A stretch of DNA of 64,000 nucleotides, from the NCBI GenBank assembly GCA_965248265.1, contig CBDFJF010000001.1, positions 2,528,001 to 2,592,000 on the forward strand, written 5' to 3'. The translations under genes and the position numbers were made by a program. The notes beneath the pieces are model-generated. The model was not told the origin of the DNA and searched no databases. It was given only the letters and a program-made list of their open reading frames with translations. Shown piece by piece: positions 9,745-21,980 of this stretch. This stretch comes from Candidatus Latescibacterota bacterium. Its GTDB lineage: Bacteria; Latescibacterota; UBA2968; UBA8231. Position 1 is the stretch's first letter. Every line of letters starts with the position of its first letter.

Positions 9745-9987
9745 CATCTTCAGCGGTAGGCGATGCCGCTGAAAAACATCCTTGTTTGTGAAGCTGACGC
9801 GCCAGCATCAGCACCTGTCAGTACTTGGAATTTGCCCGTCCGCCGGGGTGCCCGCCTGTATTTCGCGGTTGAGACCTCGTGAAAGAAAGAGATTTCTCTT
9901 TCTCGGCTTCAAACGCTAGCAAGGGGCAATCTTGGGGCGTTACATACTCGGGACCACCCCGGGGACGGAACAAAAACAGTCATTCTG

Positions 9988-10569
9988 CTACGTCACCAGG
10001 AGATTGTCTTCCGGTTGTTCATCAGGTGATGCGAGCTCTTCAAGCCCTGAATGCTGCTCTTCCGCGAACTCATCGATTCCGCTCATCACCAGGTTGAAGG
10101 TAGCGTCGATGTTACTGGCGGTGTCGGGAGAGATGTCTCCGATCCCTTCAAGAATGTCGCGGGCCTCGGCAAATCCCTGTTCGACAGCCCCCTTGATCAT
10201 CTCCGTGAACCCGTCGATCTGGTCTGCGGGCCCGTCCTCCTGATGATTGGCCTTGAATGAGCCGAAAAAGCCGACGGCGAAACTCACAATCCGGTTGGCA
10301 GTCGCCTCCGGAGAAAAGTCCAGCCCTCTGCCGAGTAGCGATTCGACAGTGCTGTCCATTCCAGCTTCTTGAAACGCGGCGTTGAATCTGTCTGCAAGTG
10401 AATCGTTCAGCACCCGCTGGGCGTAGACGGTGTCGACTTGCTTGCTGATCGACAACAGCACCGAGGTGGTGGTGTCACCCTCGGGTGAGGTAAGCCTCGC
10501 GGCCTTCAACTGTGTCGTCGTAGTTACTGCTGCTAACAGGCTCTGACTCTGAGCAGACCCTACTTCCAT
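9988..10569 (-). CDS. DUF5610-like hypothetical protein
   Basis: FSPEATANRIVSFA..FF and GAVEQGFAEARDIL motifs recalled for DUF5610; strong AAGGAGG RBS. Confidence 0.7.
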   Translation of the reverse strand: MEVGSAQSQSLLAAVTTTTQLKAARLTSPEGDTTTSVLLSISKQVDTVYAQRVLNDSLADRFNAAFQEAGMDSTVESLLGRGLDFSPEATANRIVSFAVGFFGSFKANHQEDGPADQIDGFTEMIKGAVEQGFAEARDILEGIGDISPDTASNIDATFNLVMSGIDEFAEEQHSGLEELASPDEQPEDNLLVT

Positions 10570-10611
10570 GAGAATCCTCCTTGGGGATTAGTTGGTACTC
10601 GCCTAATCATT

Positions 10612-10638
10612 TTATCGGTAGGGGTCTGAAATTCCTGC
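10612..10638 (-). promoter_or_regulatory. Putative sigma28 (FliA-type) promoter
   Basis: Minus strand GCAG-N15-ACCGATAA against consensus TAAA-N15-GCCGATAA: good -10, weak -35. Confidence 0.45.
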
Positions 10639-10651
10639 AGCGGTTTTTTAC

Positions 10652-10688
10652 AAAAAAGAGCGGGCCGGGGCATTTGCCCCGACCCGCT
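10652..10688 (-). terminator. Intrinsic terminator after the barrel gene
   Basis: Minus strand AGCGGGTCGGGGC-aaat-GCCCCGGCCCGCT-CTTTTTT. Confidence 0.8.
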
Positions 10689-10712
10689 AAACTGCCGGTT
10701 GTGCGTGTTCTG

Positions 10713-12098
10713 CTATACCAGATTGAACCTGAAGAACATGACCGAAACAGCTGAGCCCTTGGCGATCCCGGGAAAAAACCCTCCCCGGGTCACGAGCGCC
10801 GTTTCAAGCAACTCAAGCTGCATGTGGTAGACGCTGAAGGGACCGAACGCGAAGCCTATTGAGGAGCCGCTACTGCGACCTCCAGCTGATATCCCTGCTC
10901 TGGCAGGAAACCAGGGTACCAGGCGATACTCGGCACCAGCCGAGAGGCGGGGCGTGGTGGTGATACCGAAACCCTCGCTGAAAGCCTGGTCGTAGTTGCC
11001 GACCAGGGTCAACCGGGGCATCAGGCGATGGGCAGCGCCCAGCCGGATCATCGCCGGCACCGAACGGTCGAAGCTGTCTTCGCTGACTTTCTGGTAGAAA
11101 TCAGTGTCCCCATCGCCATCGACATCCGGGTTGTCGAGGATGTCCTCGACCCCGACGACATCCTCATCCAAGGCACGGGTCGCTCGCAGATTACTGGCAG
11201 AGGCGAAAACCGAGTCCCGCCTCGAATCGATGCTCCAGGACATGACGTCGAGGAGGTTGAGGACCCCCAGGCTGACCGTCGTCTTGCCGTCCTTGGTCAC
11301 GCCGGCCGCGCCGAAATCGAGTCCGAAGCCGACGCCTCCTGCGTTCTGTGACACAACGAATACGTCGAGGTCGGCGCCTTGCAACTCGGACGAAAATCCG
11401 GTGCCACCGGATTGCACAACTTCACCGTAAGCACCACCCGTGATCTTCAGCGTGCCACCGAGAGAGAATTCACGCAGGTAGGGCTTGAATTGCGCTGGCA
11501 ACCACGGCTTGGCGGCGGCGAAATTGAAGCCGACCAGCCCCCACCCGGAACCGTCCCAGTCGGAGATGTCGTAGGTCTGGCCGAACTCGTTGCCCTTCAG
11601 GAACAGGGTGAACATGTCCTTTGGGACCTCTCCCTCCAAACCAACTTCGAGGCTGGTCGTGACGGCTGATTTCAGACCCCACGGAAGAGGGAATGCGACC
11701 CCCCCATTGATGGGCACACCGAGTGCACCCATTACTCCTATGTCCGTGTTGAACTTCAACCCCTCGGCATCGATATCGCCCAGTAGCTTGTCCTTCTCAG
11801 CATCCCCGATGACGTGGGTGTCACTGGTGAAGTTATCGTTGTAGTCCTGCACCGAGAAGCTGTTGTTCTCGGCGACCAGGGCGAATCCAAACCCGAGCAG
11901 ATTCCACGTGAAGCCCGGGCTGCTTTTCAGGCCAAGGTTGGCCGGGTTCCAGGCGACTGCCTCCGGTCCACGGGCCAGTGCGGTATACGATTGTCCCAGT
12001 GCCATCGCTCTGGGACTGAGGTCGTTCAGGCCGTATGCGTTCCCGGCGAAGATCGCTATTAATGCCAGTGAAATGGCGATTCGTTTAAAAGTGCCCAT
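10713..12098 (-). CDS. Outer-membrane beta-barrel, FadL/PorV/DUF5723-like
   Basis: Signal peptide ending AYG; N-terminal PRAMALG...NPANL motif; GFGLDFG and AGAEYRL..WFPARAG strands; GGAGG RBS before ATG 12098. Confidence 0.7.
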   Translation of the reverse strand: MGTFKRIAISLALIAIFAGNAYGLNDLSPRAMALGQSYTALARGPEAVAWNPANLGLKSSPGFTWNLLGFGFALVAENNSFSVQDYNDNFTSDTHVIGDAEKDKLLGDIDAEGLKFNTDIGVMGALGVPINGGVAFPLPWGLKSAVTTSLEVGLEGEVPKDMFTLFLKGNEFGQTYDISDWDGSGWGLVGFNFAAAKPWLPAQFKPYLREFSLGGTLKITGGAYGEVVQSGGTGFSSELQGADLDVFVVSQNAGGVGFGLDFGAAGVTKDGKTTVSLGVLNLLDVMSWSIDSRRDSVFASASNLRATRALDEDVVGVEDILDNPDVDGDGDTDFYQKVSEDSFDRSVPAMIRLGAAHRLMPRLTLVGNYDQAFSEGFGITTTPRLSAGAEYRLVPWFPARAGISAGGRSSGSSIGFAFGPFSVYHMQLELLETALVTRGGFFPGIAKGSAVSVMFFRFNLV

Positions 12099-12157
12099 TC
12101 GATTGCTGCCCTCCATCGCGACGCGAGCCATCCCCTCGCCGCGCAGTTTAGATCCTC

Positions 12158-14332
12158 TTATTTCACCAGAGACTCGTTGATTTCTATCTCGATCCCCGCG
12201 CCGGCAACGACCGTTATGAAGTCGTCACCCCTCAACTCAACGGGACCTCCCGTGCCTTCCAACTGGACCAAGACACCAGTGTACACCCCGCCTTCTTCGA
12301 GGAAAAACAACGCCTCGTCTTTCGTCACGCTTACGGTGTCCAGGAAGGCCACCACCTGATCGTCGAGCACGAGTCCGTCAGCGTCCACCGGCGCTGCCTG
12401 CACGGCGAAGGGATCGTCGTTGCGCGGAATAACGAGCACGGAGTCGAGATCAACCGCCCCCCCGCGATCGATGAGGTCGTCGTTGTAGACATCCTCCAGT
12501 CGTCGCGCCGCCCGTAGACTGACGCTCACTCCGAGTGGCAAGTGGTTGTTGATCTCAGTGAGGACTTGACCCCTTATCAGATTATTGCTGATCCGCTCAC
12601 GTGCTTCCTCATCAGCAAGCTCACGGAAGTCGGGATCTGGCTGAATTTGCGTGTCACTTTCGATAATGAACCGGGCGGGCGCCAGAAAGTTGACACTGTC
12701 GATACGAACCCAGTGATCGGGCTCGATGAAATCCTCGTTGACGCCGTCACCGATACGGACTGTGGGAGTGACGGTGATGTCGGTCGGCAGCGAGTTGAGG
12801 AACGGAGTCAGATCGTCGGACGGAACGCTCAACTCGATTCGCTGTTCATCGCCGGGGCTGGCCGCTGAAAACGTCTGTGTGATGCGGAGATCGGGACTGG
12901 GTTCACCGAAGGAATTGACACCCTCGATGAGCAGATCCATGAAGCTGGTGACGCCCACAGCCGATGTCAGGATCACGCTCAAGAAGGTCTCATCCAGACT
13001 GAGGTTGTCGAGACCCTCGGGAAAGGCAACCGATTTCTGCACCGGATCGATCGGCAGGGTCAGGTTGTCCAGAATTCCGGTGACATTACTGAACGCCAGC
13101 CGCTGTGGTTGAGCCTCAATGCCAATCTGGCCGTTCGAGCGGATGGTCACCTCTGTATCTGATGGAAAGGTGCTGGCAGAATAAATGATCTGGATCGAAT
13201 CCCTTTCGGTCGGGTTCGGGCTGAAAACATGACCGTTCAGGTTGAATTCAGCTCTGGTCGGCTCATCCTGCGCGAGGCGGGGGAGCGCGAGCGTTGCAGG
13301 TTCACCGTCCGGCCCCCGCAGATCGGGCAGAGTCAGACTCACCGCCATGATCACGGGAATCTCGTTGGTGACAACCAGGACGAGCGATCCCTCACTGATA
13401 TCGGCGTTGGTAACAAGAATGCGCGTGTCCGGAAACCCCAACTTCTGTGAATCCGAAAATTCCTGCTGGGGAATGATGGCATTTGCTTCGGACACGGTCA
13501 GCGTCAGCAGGTCGGCGTCGATTGACAGCACGGCATCTGGATCGAGCTCGGGATCGGTGGTTTCGGCCGTCGTGCCGACTACGCTGAGAGAGAGCTCACC
13601 GGACACGGTGGTTCCATCGGGGTTGGCGTCTCGGCCTGCTGAGTTGAACTCGAGCGTTTGCGGGTCTGCAGCGGCACCCGGTCCGACATTGGTGAAAACG
13701 ACCTGGTCGATATCTCGGTTATTACCCTCGTCGCGCAGGCTGATCTCCAGCAGCGCCAATCCGACCGGGAGTCCATTGGTGATCCCGATGCTCAGACCAC
13801 CCTCGAGCACCGTCAGGGACGTCACGTTCGGCAGTTCCAACGGAATCGCGGATATTTCGATGTCCTGTGCCGGCAGCTCGAACGACTGGCCGAGATCAGC
13901 GGCGACGGCAGCAGCGTCGAACACCTCCTCCGGCAGTATGTCGCCCAATCGCACGTCGTTAGGCGGCAGATCCTGTCCCTCAATGGTGATATCACCCAAC
14001 TCGGTGAAGAACTCCGCGGGACTGGGCTCCACGGCCAACCGATCCTCACCCACTTCCTGCCGGCTGCTCTCACCGAACTCGGCACTGAAGTTCAGCGCCA
14101 GGCTCTCGTCGTCGCCAATCTGAAGGAAGTCGGAGCGGTCGCTGGCGACCTCCCTGATTGTCGTCGTGTCGTTGGCTACTGATATGAAAAAGGGAATCGT
14201 GATCCTGGGCACCTGCGGCGGGTCCACGGCGCATCCCCCAGCGATTAACCCCGCCATCAATCCCGCGCCGATAACGAACACTCGGCGCTGACGTGTTACC
14301 CTCCTGCCGGACAACCGATTGCATACCGGCAT
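12158..14332 (-). CDS. Large acidic beta-rich lipoprotein of unknown function
   Basis: Basic N-region, hydrophobic stretch and IAGG-C lipobox; repeated (T)N.(L/I)P(V/L) motifs; GAGGAG RBS. Confidence 0.75.
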   Translation of the reverse strand: MPVCNRLSGRRVTRQRRVFVIGAGLMAGLIAGGCAVDPPQVPRITIPFFISVANDTTTIREVASDRSDFLQIGDDESLALNFSAEFGESSRQEVGEDRLAVEPSPAEFFTELGDITIEGQDLPPNDVRLGDILPEEVFDAAAVAADLGQSFELPAQDIEISAIPLELPNVTSLTVLEGGLSIGITNGLPVGLALLEISLRDEGNNRDIDQVVFTNVGPGAAADPQTLEFNSAGRDANPDGTTVSGELSLSVVGTTAETTDPELDPDAVLSIDADLLTLTVSEANAIIPQQEFSDSQKLGFPDTRILVTNADISEGSLVLVVTNEIPVIMAVSLTLPDLRGPDGEPATLALPRLAQDEPTRAEFNLNGHVFSPNPTERDSIQIIYSASTFPSDTEVTIRSNGQIGIEAQPQRLAFSNVTGILDNLTLPIDPVQKSVAFPEGLDNLSLDETFLSVILTSAVGVTSFMDLLIEGVNSFGEPSPDLRITQTFSAASPGDEQRIELSVPSDDLTPFLNSLPTDITVTPTVRIGDGVNEDFIEPDHWVRIDSVNFLAPARFIIESDTQIQPDPDFRELADEEARERISNNLIRGQVLTEINNHLPLGVSVSLRAARRLEDVYNDDLIDRGGAVDLDSVLVIPRNDDPFAVQAAPVDADGLVLDDQVVAFLDTVSVTKDEALFFLEEGGVYTGVLVQLEGTGGPVELRGDDFITVVAGAGIEIEINESLVK

Positions 14333-14418
14333 TGCCTTGTCTCCTCTTGACTTACCTGATGTTGGTATGGTGTTGCCAATTTGACGTTGCTGTAATCAAT
14401 TTTTCGAGCGCGGCCAGT

Positions 14419-14446
14419 AATATACCACAAACGACCTGAGCTACAA
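14419..14446 (-). promoter_or_regulatory. Putative sigma70 promoter of the lipoprotein-barrel pair
   Basis: Minus strand TTGTAG-N16-TATATT with extended -10 TG. Confidence 0.4.
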
Positions 14447-14448
14447 CA

Positions 14449-15621
14449 TCACTTTTTCTTGACGCCCGCCGCCCGTCTCAAGGCATTCGCCTTGTCCGTC
14501 TTCTCCCAGGTAAAATCGGCGCCGCTGCGGCCGAAATGGCCGTAGGCGGCGGTCTGCAGGTAGATCGGCCGCCTGAGTTTCAACTGTTGAATGATCGCCT
14601 TGGGTGTCAACGTAAACACCTGCTGGACGACCGCCCCTATGTCGGCGTCGTCGATGACTCCGGTGCCGTAGGTCTCCACCAGCACGGACACGGGCTCAGC
14701 CACGCCGATGGCGTAGGCCAGCTGCAACTGACAACGCTCGGCCAGTTTCGCCGCCACCACGTTCTTGGCGACATAGCGTGCCATGTAGTGCGCGCTGCGA
14801 TCGACCTTGCTGGGGTCCTTTCCAGAGAAGGCGCCGCCACCATGGGGGCAACTGCCGCCGTAGGTGTCGACGATGATCTTGCGCCCGGTGAGCCCGCAAT
14901 CGCCGTGCGGTCCACCGATGACGAAGCGACCGGTCGGATTGATATGGAAGATCGTGTTGCGATCCAGCAGCCGCGCCGGGATCACCTTCTTAACGGCCGC
15001 GATCATGTCCCGTCTGATGCGTGCATGGCTGGCGCCGGGATCGTGCTGCGTCGAGACGACGACCGTGTGAACGCGCTTGGGTTTGTTGCCGACGTATTCG
15101 ACGGTGACCTGAGACTTGGAGTCCGGGCGCAGGTACTTCAGGCGGCCGCGCTTGCGCAGCACGCTCAGGTGCTCGAGAATCCGGTGCGACAGCATGATCG
15201 GCAGCGGCATCAGCTGGGGTGTCTCGCGGCAGGCGTAACCGAACATCATCCCCTGATCGCCGGCCCCCATCTCATCGTGTAACCCCTGTTTTTCACTGAC
15301 GCCTTGCGAGATGTCCGGTGATTGCCTGTCCAGAGCCACCAGGATCCCGCAGGACCGCGAGTCGAAGCCGTACTCGGGATCGGTGTAGCCGATATCTTCG
15401 ATCGTCTCCCTGACCAGTTTCTGGATATCGACCTGCGCCTTGGTGGTCACTTCGCCGGCGACGACGACCTGTCCCGTCGTCACCATGGTCTCACAGGCAA
15501 CGCGGGACATGGGATCCTGTGCCAGCATGCTGTCCAGCACGGCGTCCGATATCTGGTCGGCGACCTTGTCGGGATGTCCTTCGGAAACAGATTCTGATGT
15601 AAACAGATACGACTCACTCAC
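14449..15621 (-). CDS. metK: S-adenosylmethionine synthetase
   Basis: [28 protein letters not shown] and TAAYGHFGR. Confidence 0.98.
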   Translation of the reverse strand: MSESYLFTSESVSEGHPDKVADQISDAVLDSMLAQDPMSRVACETMVTTGQVVVAGEVTTKAQVDIQKLVRETIEDIGYTDPEYGFDSRSCGILVALDRQSPDISQGVSEKQGLHDEMGAGDQGMMFGYACRETPQLMPLPIMLSHRILEHLSVLRKRGRLKYLRPDSKSQVTVEYVGNKPKRVHTVVVSTQHDPGASHARIRRDMIAAVKKVIPARLLDRNTIFHINPTGRFVIGGPHGDCGLTGRKIIVDTYGGSCPHGGGAFSGKDPSKVDRSAHYMARYVAKNVVAAKLAERCQLQLAYAIGVAEPVSVLVETYGTGVIDDADIGAVVQQVFTLTPKAIIQQLKLRRPIYLQTAAYGHFGRSGADFTWEKTDKANALRRAAGVKKK

Positions 15622-15639
15622 GCCTTCATCTCCTGTGTT

Positions 15640-17406
15640 CTATTCGCCGCGGCCATGGCTTATCCGGGCCGCACGCTCTGCGGGTAGGTAGCGGCGCGTG
15701 GTCTCTTCAACGTGAGCCCGCACGCGCCGTCCGGACTCCATCGCTAAACATTCATTGGCCAGCTGCTCGGCGTCTTCCCGCCGGATGGCCCGGACAACCT
15801 CCTTGACCTCGGGGATCAGTCCGGGGCTCATGCTCAGATGGTCCAGACCAAGTCCCACCAGCAGCATCGTGGCCATTGGATCTCCGGCCAACTCGCCGCA
15901 TATGCTGGTCGGTATGTCGTGAGCCTGTCCGCTGGCCGTAACGCCCTTGATCAACCTCAGCACAGCCGGATCAAAAGGATCGTAGAGATCAGCCACCCGC
16001 GCCATGCCCCGGTCGACGGCGAGGGTGTACTGGATCAGATCGTTCGTCCCCAGGCTGAAAAAATCGATTTCGGGGGCGAAGCTGTCGGCCATGATCGCGG
16101 TCGAAGGCACCTCAACCATGATACCGAGCTTGCATTCGGCCTGAAACGGCTGACCCTTCTTCTCCAGTTCGGCTCGGGTCTCATCCAGAATCTTCCTGGC
16201 GGTCCTGACCTGCTCCACCGTGGACACCATGGGCAGAAGCAGGTGCACCTCGCCTGCAACCCCGGCTCGCAAGGCGGCTCGCAGTTGCGTCTTGAACAAC
16301 TCGGGTTCATCCAGGCACATGCGGATGCCGCGCCAGCCCAGAAACGGATTGGTCTCGGGTATCGTCTCAACCACATGGCTCAGCTTGTCTCCCCCTAGAT
16401 CCAGGGTCCTGATGACGACCGGCATCGGCGCCATGGCCGCAACCACCTCGCGATATGAGGCCGCCTGTTCCTCCTCGGTAGGCAACCGGTAGCCCATGAA
16501 GAGGTATTCCGAGCGCAGCATGCCGACACCGTGTGCGCCATTCACCATGGCCAGTTCAGTTTCCTGCGGCAAATCGATATTGGCCTGCAACTGGATCTCG
16601 ACGCCGTCGGTCGTGAGTGCTGGCAGATCCCTGTGCTCTCTAAGAGATCGCTCGCGCCGGATTTGGCGCCGCCGTTCGGTCTGGTAATACCGCTCCGTCT
16701 CCGGTTTGGGACGGATTTGCACGACGCCGGCGTCACCGTCGACGATGATGGCATCGCCGGATGAGATGGCGGTCGTCGCCTCCATGGTGCCGACGACCGC
16801 TGGCAGTCCAAGCGAGCGAGCGATGATGCTGGCATGCGACGTCGCACCACCCAGATCCGTGACCAGGCCCTTGACCAGCCGGCGCCCTAACTGGATAGCC
16901 TCTGAGGGAAGCAGGTCGTGGGCGATGACGATGGTGTTGGAACGAACGGATTCCAGGCCCCGCAGTTCCCCACCTGCAAGGCGGGCCATCACCTGGTGCT
17001 CGATATCGGTGATGTCGCCGACACGAGCTCGCAGGTACTCGTTCTCGATGTGGCCGAACATCTCCTTGAGCCGTTCCATCGTCTTCGAAAACGCTTGCTC
17101 GGCGGTCACTAGATCCGAGCTGATGTTCTTCACTGTCTGGCCCTTGACCTGATCGTCCTGCAACATCGCCAGTTGAGCCTCGAATATTTGGGCCAGTTCG
17201 GTGCCGTGCTCCAGTTCGACGATCCTGCGGGTGCGGCGAATCTCTTCCCCGACCAGAACAAGGCAGTTGAGAAAGCGCTCCGTTTCTGCTTCGACTTTGA
17301 TGCGCGGTATGCGGCGACGTGAGATCTGTGGGCGCTCAATGCGATGCACGAAGGCACGGCCGATGCCGATCCCGGAGCTGACTGGAATGCCGACGAGTTT
17401 ATCCAT
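15640..17406 (-). CDS. ptsI: PTS enzyme I (PEP-protein phosphotransferase)
   Basis: GGATSHASI phospho-His; RTLDLGGDK; NPFLGWRGIR; GTNDLIQY; ICGE. Confidence 0.96.
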   Translation of the reverse strand: MDKLVGIPVSSGIGIGRAFVHRIERPQISRRRIPRIKVEAETERFLNCLVLVGEEIRRTRRIVELEHGTELAQIFEAQLAMLQDDQVKGQTVKNISSDLVTAEQAFSKTMERLKEMFGHIENEYLRARVGDITDIEHQVMARLAGGELRGLESVRSNTIVIAHDLLPSEAIQLGRRLVKGLVTDLGGATSHASIIARSLGLPAVVGTMEATTAISSGDAIIVDGDAGVVQIRPKPETERYYQTERRRQIRRERSLREHRDLPALTTDGVEIQLQANIDLPQETELAMVNGAHGVGMLRSEYLFMGYRLPTEEEQAASYREVVAAMAPMPVVIRTLDLGGDKLSHVVETIPETNPFLGWRGIRMCLDEPELFKTQLRAALRAGVAGEVHLLLPMVSTVEQVRTARKILDETRAELEKKGQPFQAECKLGIMVEVPSTAIMADSFAPEIDFFSLGTNDLIQYTLAVDRGMARVADLYDPFDPAVLRLIKGVTASGQAHDIPTSICGELAGDPMATMLLVGLGLDHLSMSPGLIPEVKEVVRAIRREDAEQLANECLAMESGRRVRAHVEETTRRYLPAERAARISHGRGE

Positions 17407-17417
17407 GGACTCCCTGA

Positions 17418-17690
17418 TCAGGGCTTCTCCTCGAAATCGCTTTCCAGCAAAGCCGCCACCGCCTCTATTGCCTCATCGGCGTCACCGCCCTCAGCTTCGA
17501 TCAGTAACTCAGCGCCATGCTCAGCGGCCAGCATCATGATCCCCATAATACTCTTGCCGTTGATGCGACGAACCTCTCCCTTGGAGAGAAAGATCTCGGC
17601 TTGGAACTTCGCCGCGGCCTGCACCAGAAGGGTTGCCGGACGCGCGTGGATGCCGAGGCGGTTCTTGATGACCACTCGCTTCTCAACCAT
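17418..17690 (-). CDS. ptsH: Phosphocarrier protein HPr
   Basis: GIHARPA (His15) and NGKSIMG (Ser46). Confidence 0.96.
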   Translation of the reverse strand: MVEKRVVIKNRLGIHARPATLLVQAAAKFQAEIFLSKGEVRRINGKSIMGIMMLAAEHGAELLIEAEGGDADEAIEAVAALLESDFEEKP

Positions 17691-17711
17691 CTGTCAATCG
17701 CCTCAACCAGC

Positions 17712-18548
17712 TCACGCCTTGCCCGAGAACACCCGACTGATCCGTTTCCACGTCGACGTCGAGGAAGATTCAGGGGTAACTGCCGTGGCGGCTCCACCCT
17801 CCGACCTGGCAACAACAGGCTCTCCCTTGACCACTTTTTCCGGGTTGGCACAAAACAAACGGTGCGCCTCCAGCGGACCACACGCCTCCGCCACGAGACG
17901 CCGTGCATTCTGCAGCGATACCGGACGCCTCTCCAGGTCATGGCCGTCGCTGCCGACGAATTCAATGACGCCCATCCGTAAAAACATCTCGGCCGTGGCT
18001 CTGGCCCGATTGCCGAAACGTCCGGTGAAGCTGCCGGCATCTACCTGAAACAGCAGATCCTGATGCCGCAGCCGATCTACCTGTTCCGGCGATGTCGCCA
18101 GTTCCCGATGGCGCTCCGGATGAGCCAGAATCGGCTTGTAGCCGGCCGCCCTAAGCTCGAAAAAGCCCTGCTCTATCCCGGTCGGCAACGGACCCAGCGG
18201 CAGGTCTACGAGCACGTAGGGGCCGTCCGCCAGCGCCGCCGTCGGCCAGCGCGCGACCTCGGCAAGGCCAAAGCGGAAGGCCAGTTCCGCGCCCAGAAAC
18301 AGCTCGATTGCGATGCCAGCCTCAGTCGCTGCGGATTGCAACTCATCGAAGCGCCGGGCGTGAAGGGCATCCCGGTCCTCCTCGTCATGGGAGCGGATGT
18401 GCGGCGTCATCACCATCGCTCCTACCCCCTCGGACTCGGCACGTCTCAGCATGTCCAGGGCCATCTGCATCGATGCGGCGCCGTCGTCGACCTCGGGAAG
18501 CACATGGCAATGGATATCCACCAAAGCGGATTCAGCATGCTCTGTCAT
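17712..18548 (-). CDS. PHP-family tyrosine-protein phosphatase (CpsB/CapC/YwqE-like)
   Basis: DIHCHVLP.VDDG, TPH, LAHPERH and SDGH metal-binding motifs. Confidence 0.9.
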   Translation of the reverse strand: MTEHAESALVDIHCHVLPEVDDGAASMQMALDMLRRAESEGVGAMVMTPHIRSHDEEDRDALHARRFDELQSAATEAGIAIELFLGAELAFRFGLAEVARWPTAALADGPYVLVDLPLGPLPTGIEQGFFELRAAGYKPILAHPERHRELATSPEQVDRLRHQDLLFQVDAGSFTGRFGNRARATAEMFLRMGVIEFVGSDGHDLERRPVSLQNARRLVAEACGPLEAHRLFCANPEKVVKGEPVVARSEGGAATAVTPESSSTSTWKRISRVFSGKA

Positions 18549-18552
18549 GCGC

Positions 18553-19338
18553 TCAGTCCCTGATATGGACTGCCCGGCTCAACTCCTGTAGCCGGGCCGG
18601 GTCTGCTTCCACTGCCGTGCCGGTTACGACGAAGCTGGCCCCGGCTTCAACCTTGGCTCTAGCGCTCTCGCCATCACGAATTCCGCCTCCCACGATGACG
18701 GGAGAGCCGACGTAATCGACGACTGCGCGAATCAGTGTCTCCGGAACGCTCTTGCCGGCCCCGCTGCCCGTCTCCAAGTACACCAGCTTCATGCCCAGGT
18801 ACTCGGCCGCCAGGGCGTGCGCCATGGCAATGTCGGCCTTTTCCCTCGGTATCGGTTTCGTCGAGCTCATGTATTCGGTCGAGGTTAGACTGCCCGACTC
18901 GATCAACATGTAGGCGGTCGGAATCACCTCGATGCCGTACTCCTTGATCAACGGCGCCGCGCGAACGTGTTGGCCGATCAGCAACTCCGGGTTGCGGCCG
19001 CTGACCATGGACAGGAACAGGATCGCATCCGCCTTCGACACGACCTGCCCCGCGTCACCGGGGAAACTGATCACCGGCACACCCACTCGTTCGCGCAGAC
19101 TCTCAAACACATTCGCGTTCTTCGTCATCGACAACATCAGGCTGGTGCCGACGAGGATGGCGTCTGCCCCAGCTTCCGCACAGCGCTCGGTACGCTCTTC
19201 GAGTTCAGCGAGGGTCAAGCGGTCCGGATCGAGCAGCGTCAGGTAACCGGCCCCGCGTCGACGGCGGACCTCCAGCAGGTACTCGAGTGTGCTCCCCGTT
19301 CCCCGTTCCCAGGGGACCGCATTGCCGGTTGCCGACAC
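18553..19338 (-). CDS. Geranylgeranylglyceryl/heptaprenylglyceryl phosphate synthase (GGGPS/PcrB family, group II-like)
   Basis: LLDPD, ILVG, FPG, SGRNPELLIG, YLETGSGA, VGGGIRD and VVTGT. Confidence 0.92.
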   Translation of the reverse strand: MSATGNAVPWERGTGSTLEYLLEVRRRRGAGYLTLLDPDRLTLAELEERTERCAEAGADAILVGTSLMLSMTKNANVFESLRERVGVPVISFPGDAGQVVSKADAILFLSMVSGRNPELLIGQHVRAAPLIKEYGIEVIPTAYMLIESGSLTSTEYMSSTKPIPREKADIAMAHALAAEYLGMKLVYLETGSGAGKSVPETLIRAVVDYVGSPVIVGGGIRDGESARAKVEAGASFVVTGTAVEADPARLQELSRAVHIRD

Positions 19339-19358
19339 CTTCGTCGTCTCCTTGAGCC

Positions 19359-21979
<2,621 letters not shown>

Positions 21980-21980
<1 letters not shown>

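Noticed and set aside
15622-15639. SAM riboswitch ahead of metK
   Set aside because: The intergenic gap is only 18 bp, leaving no room.
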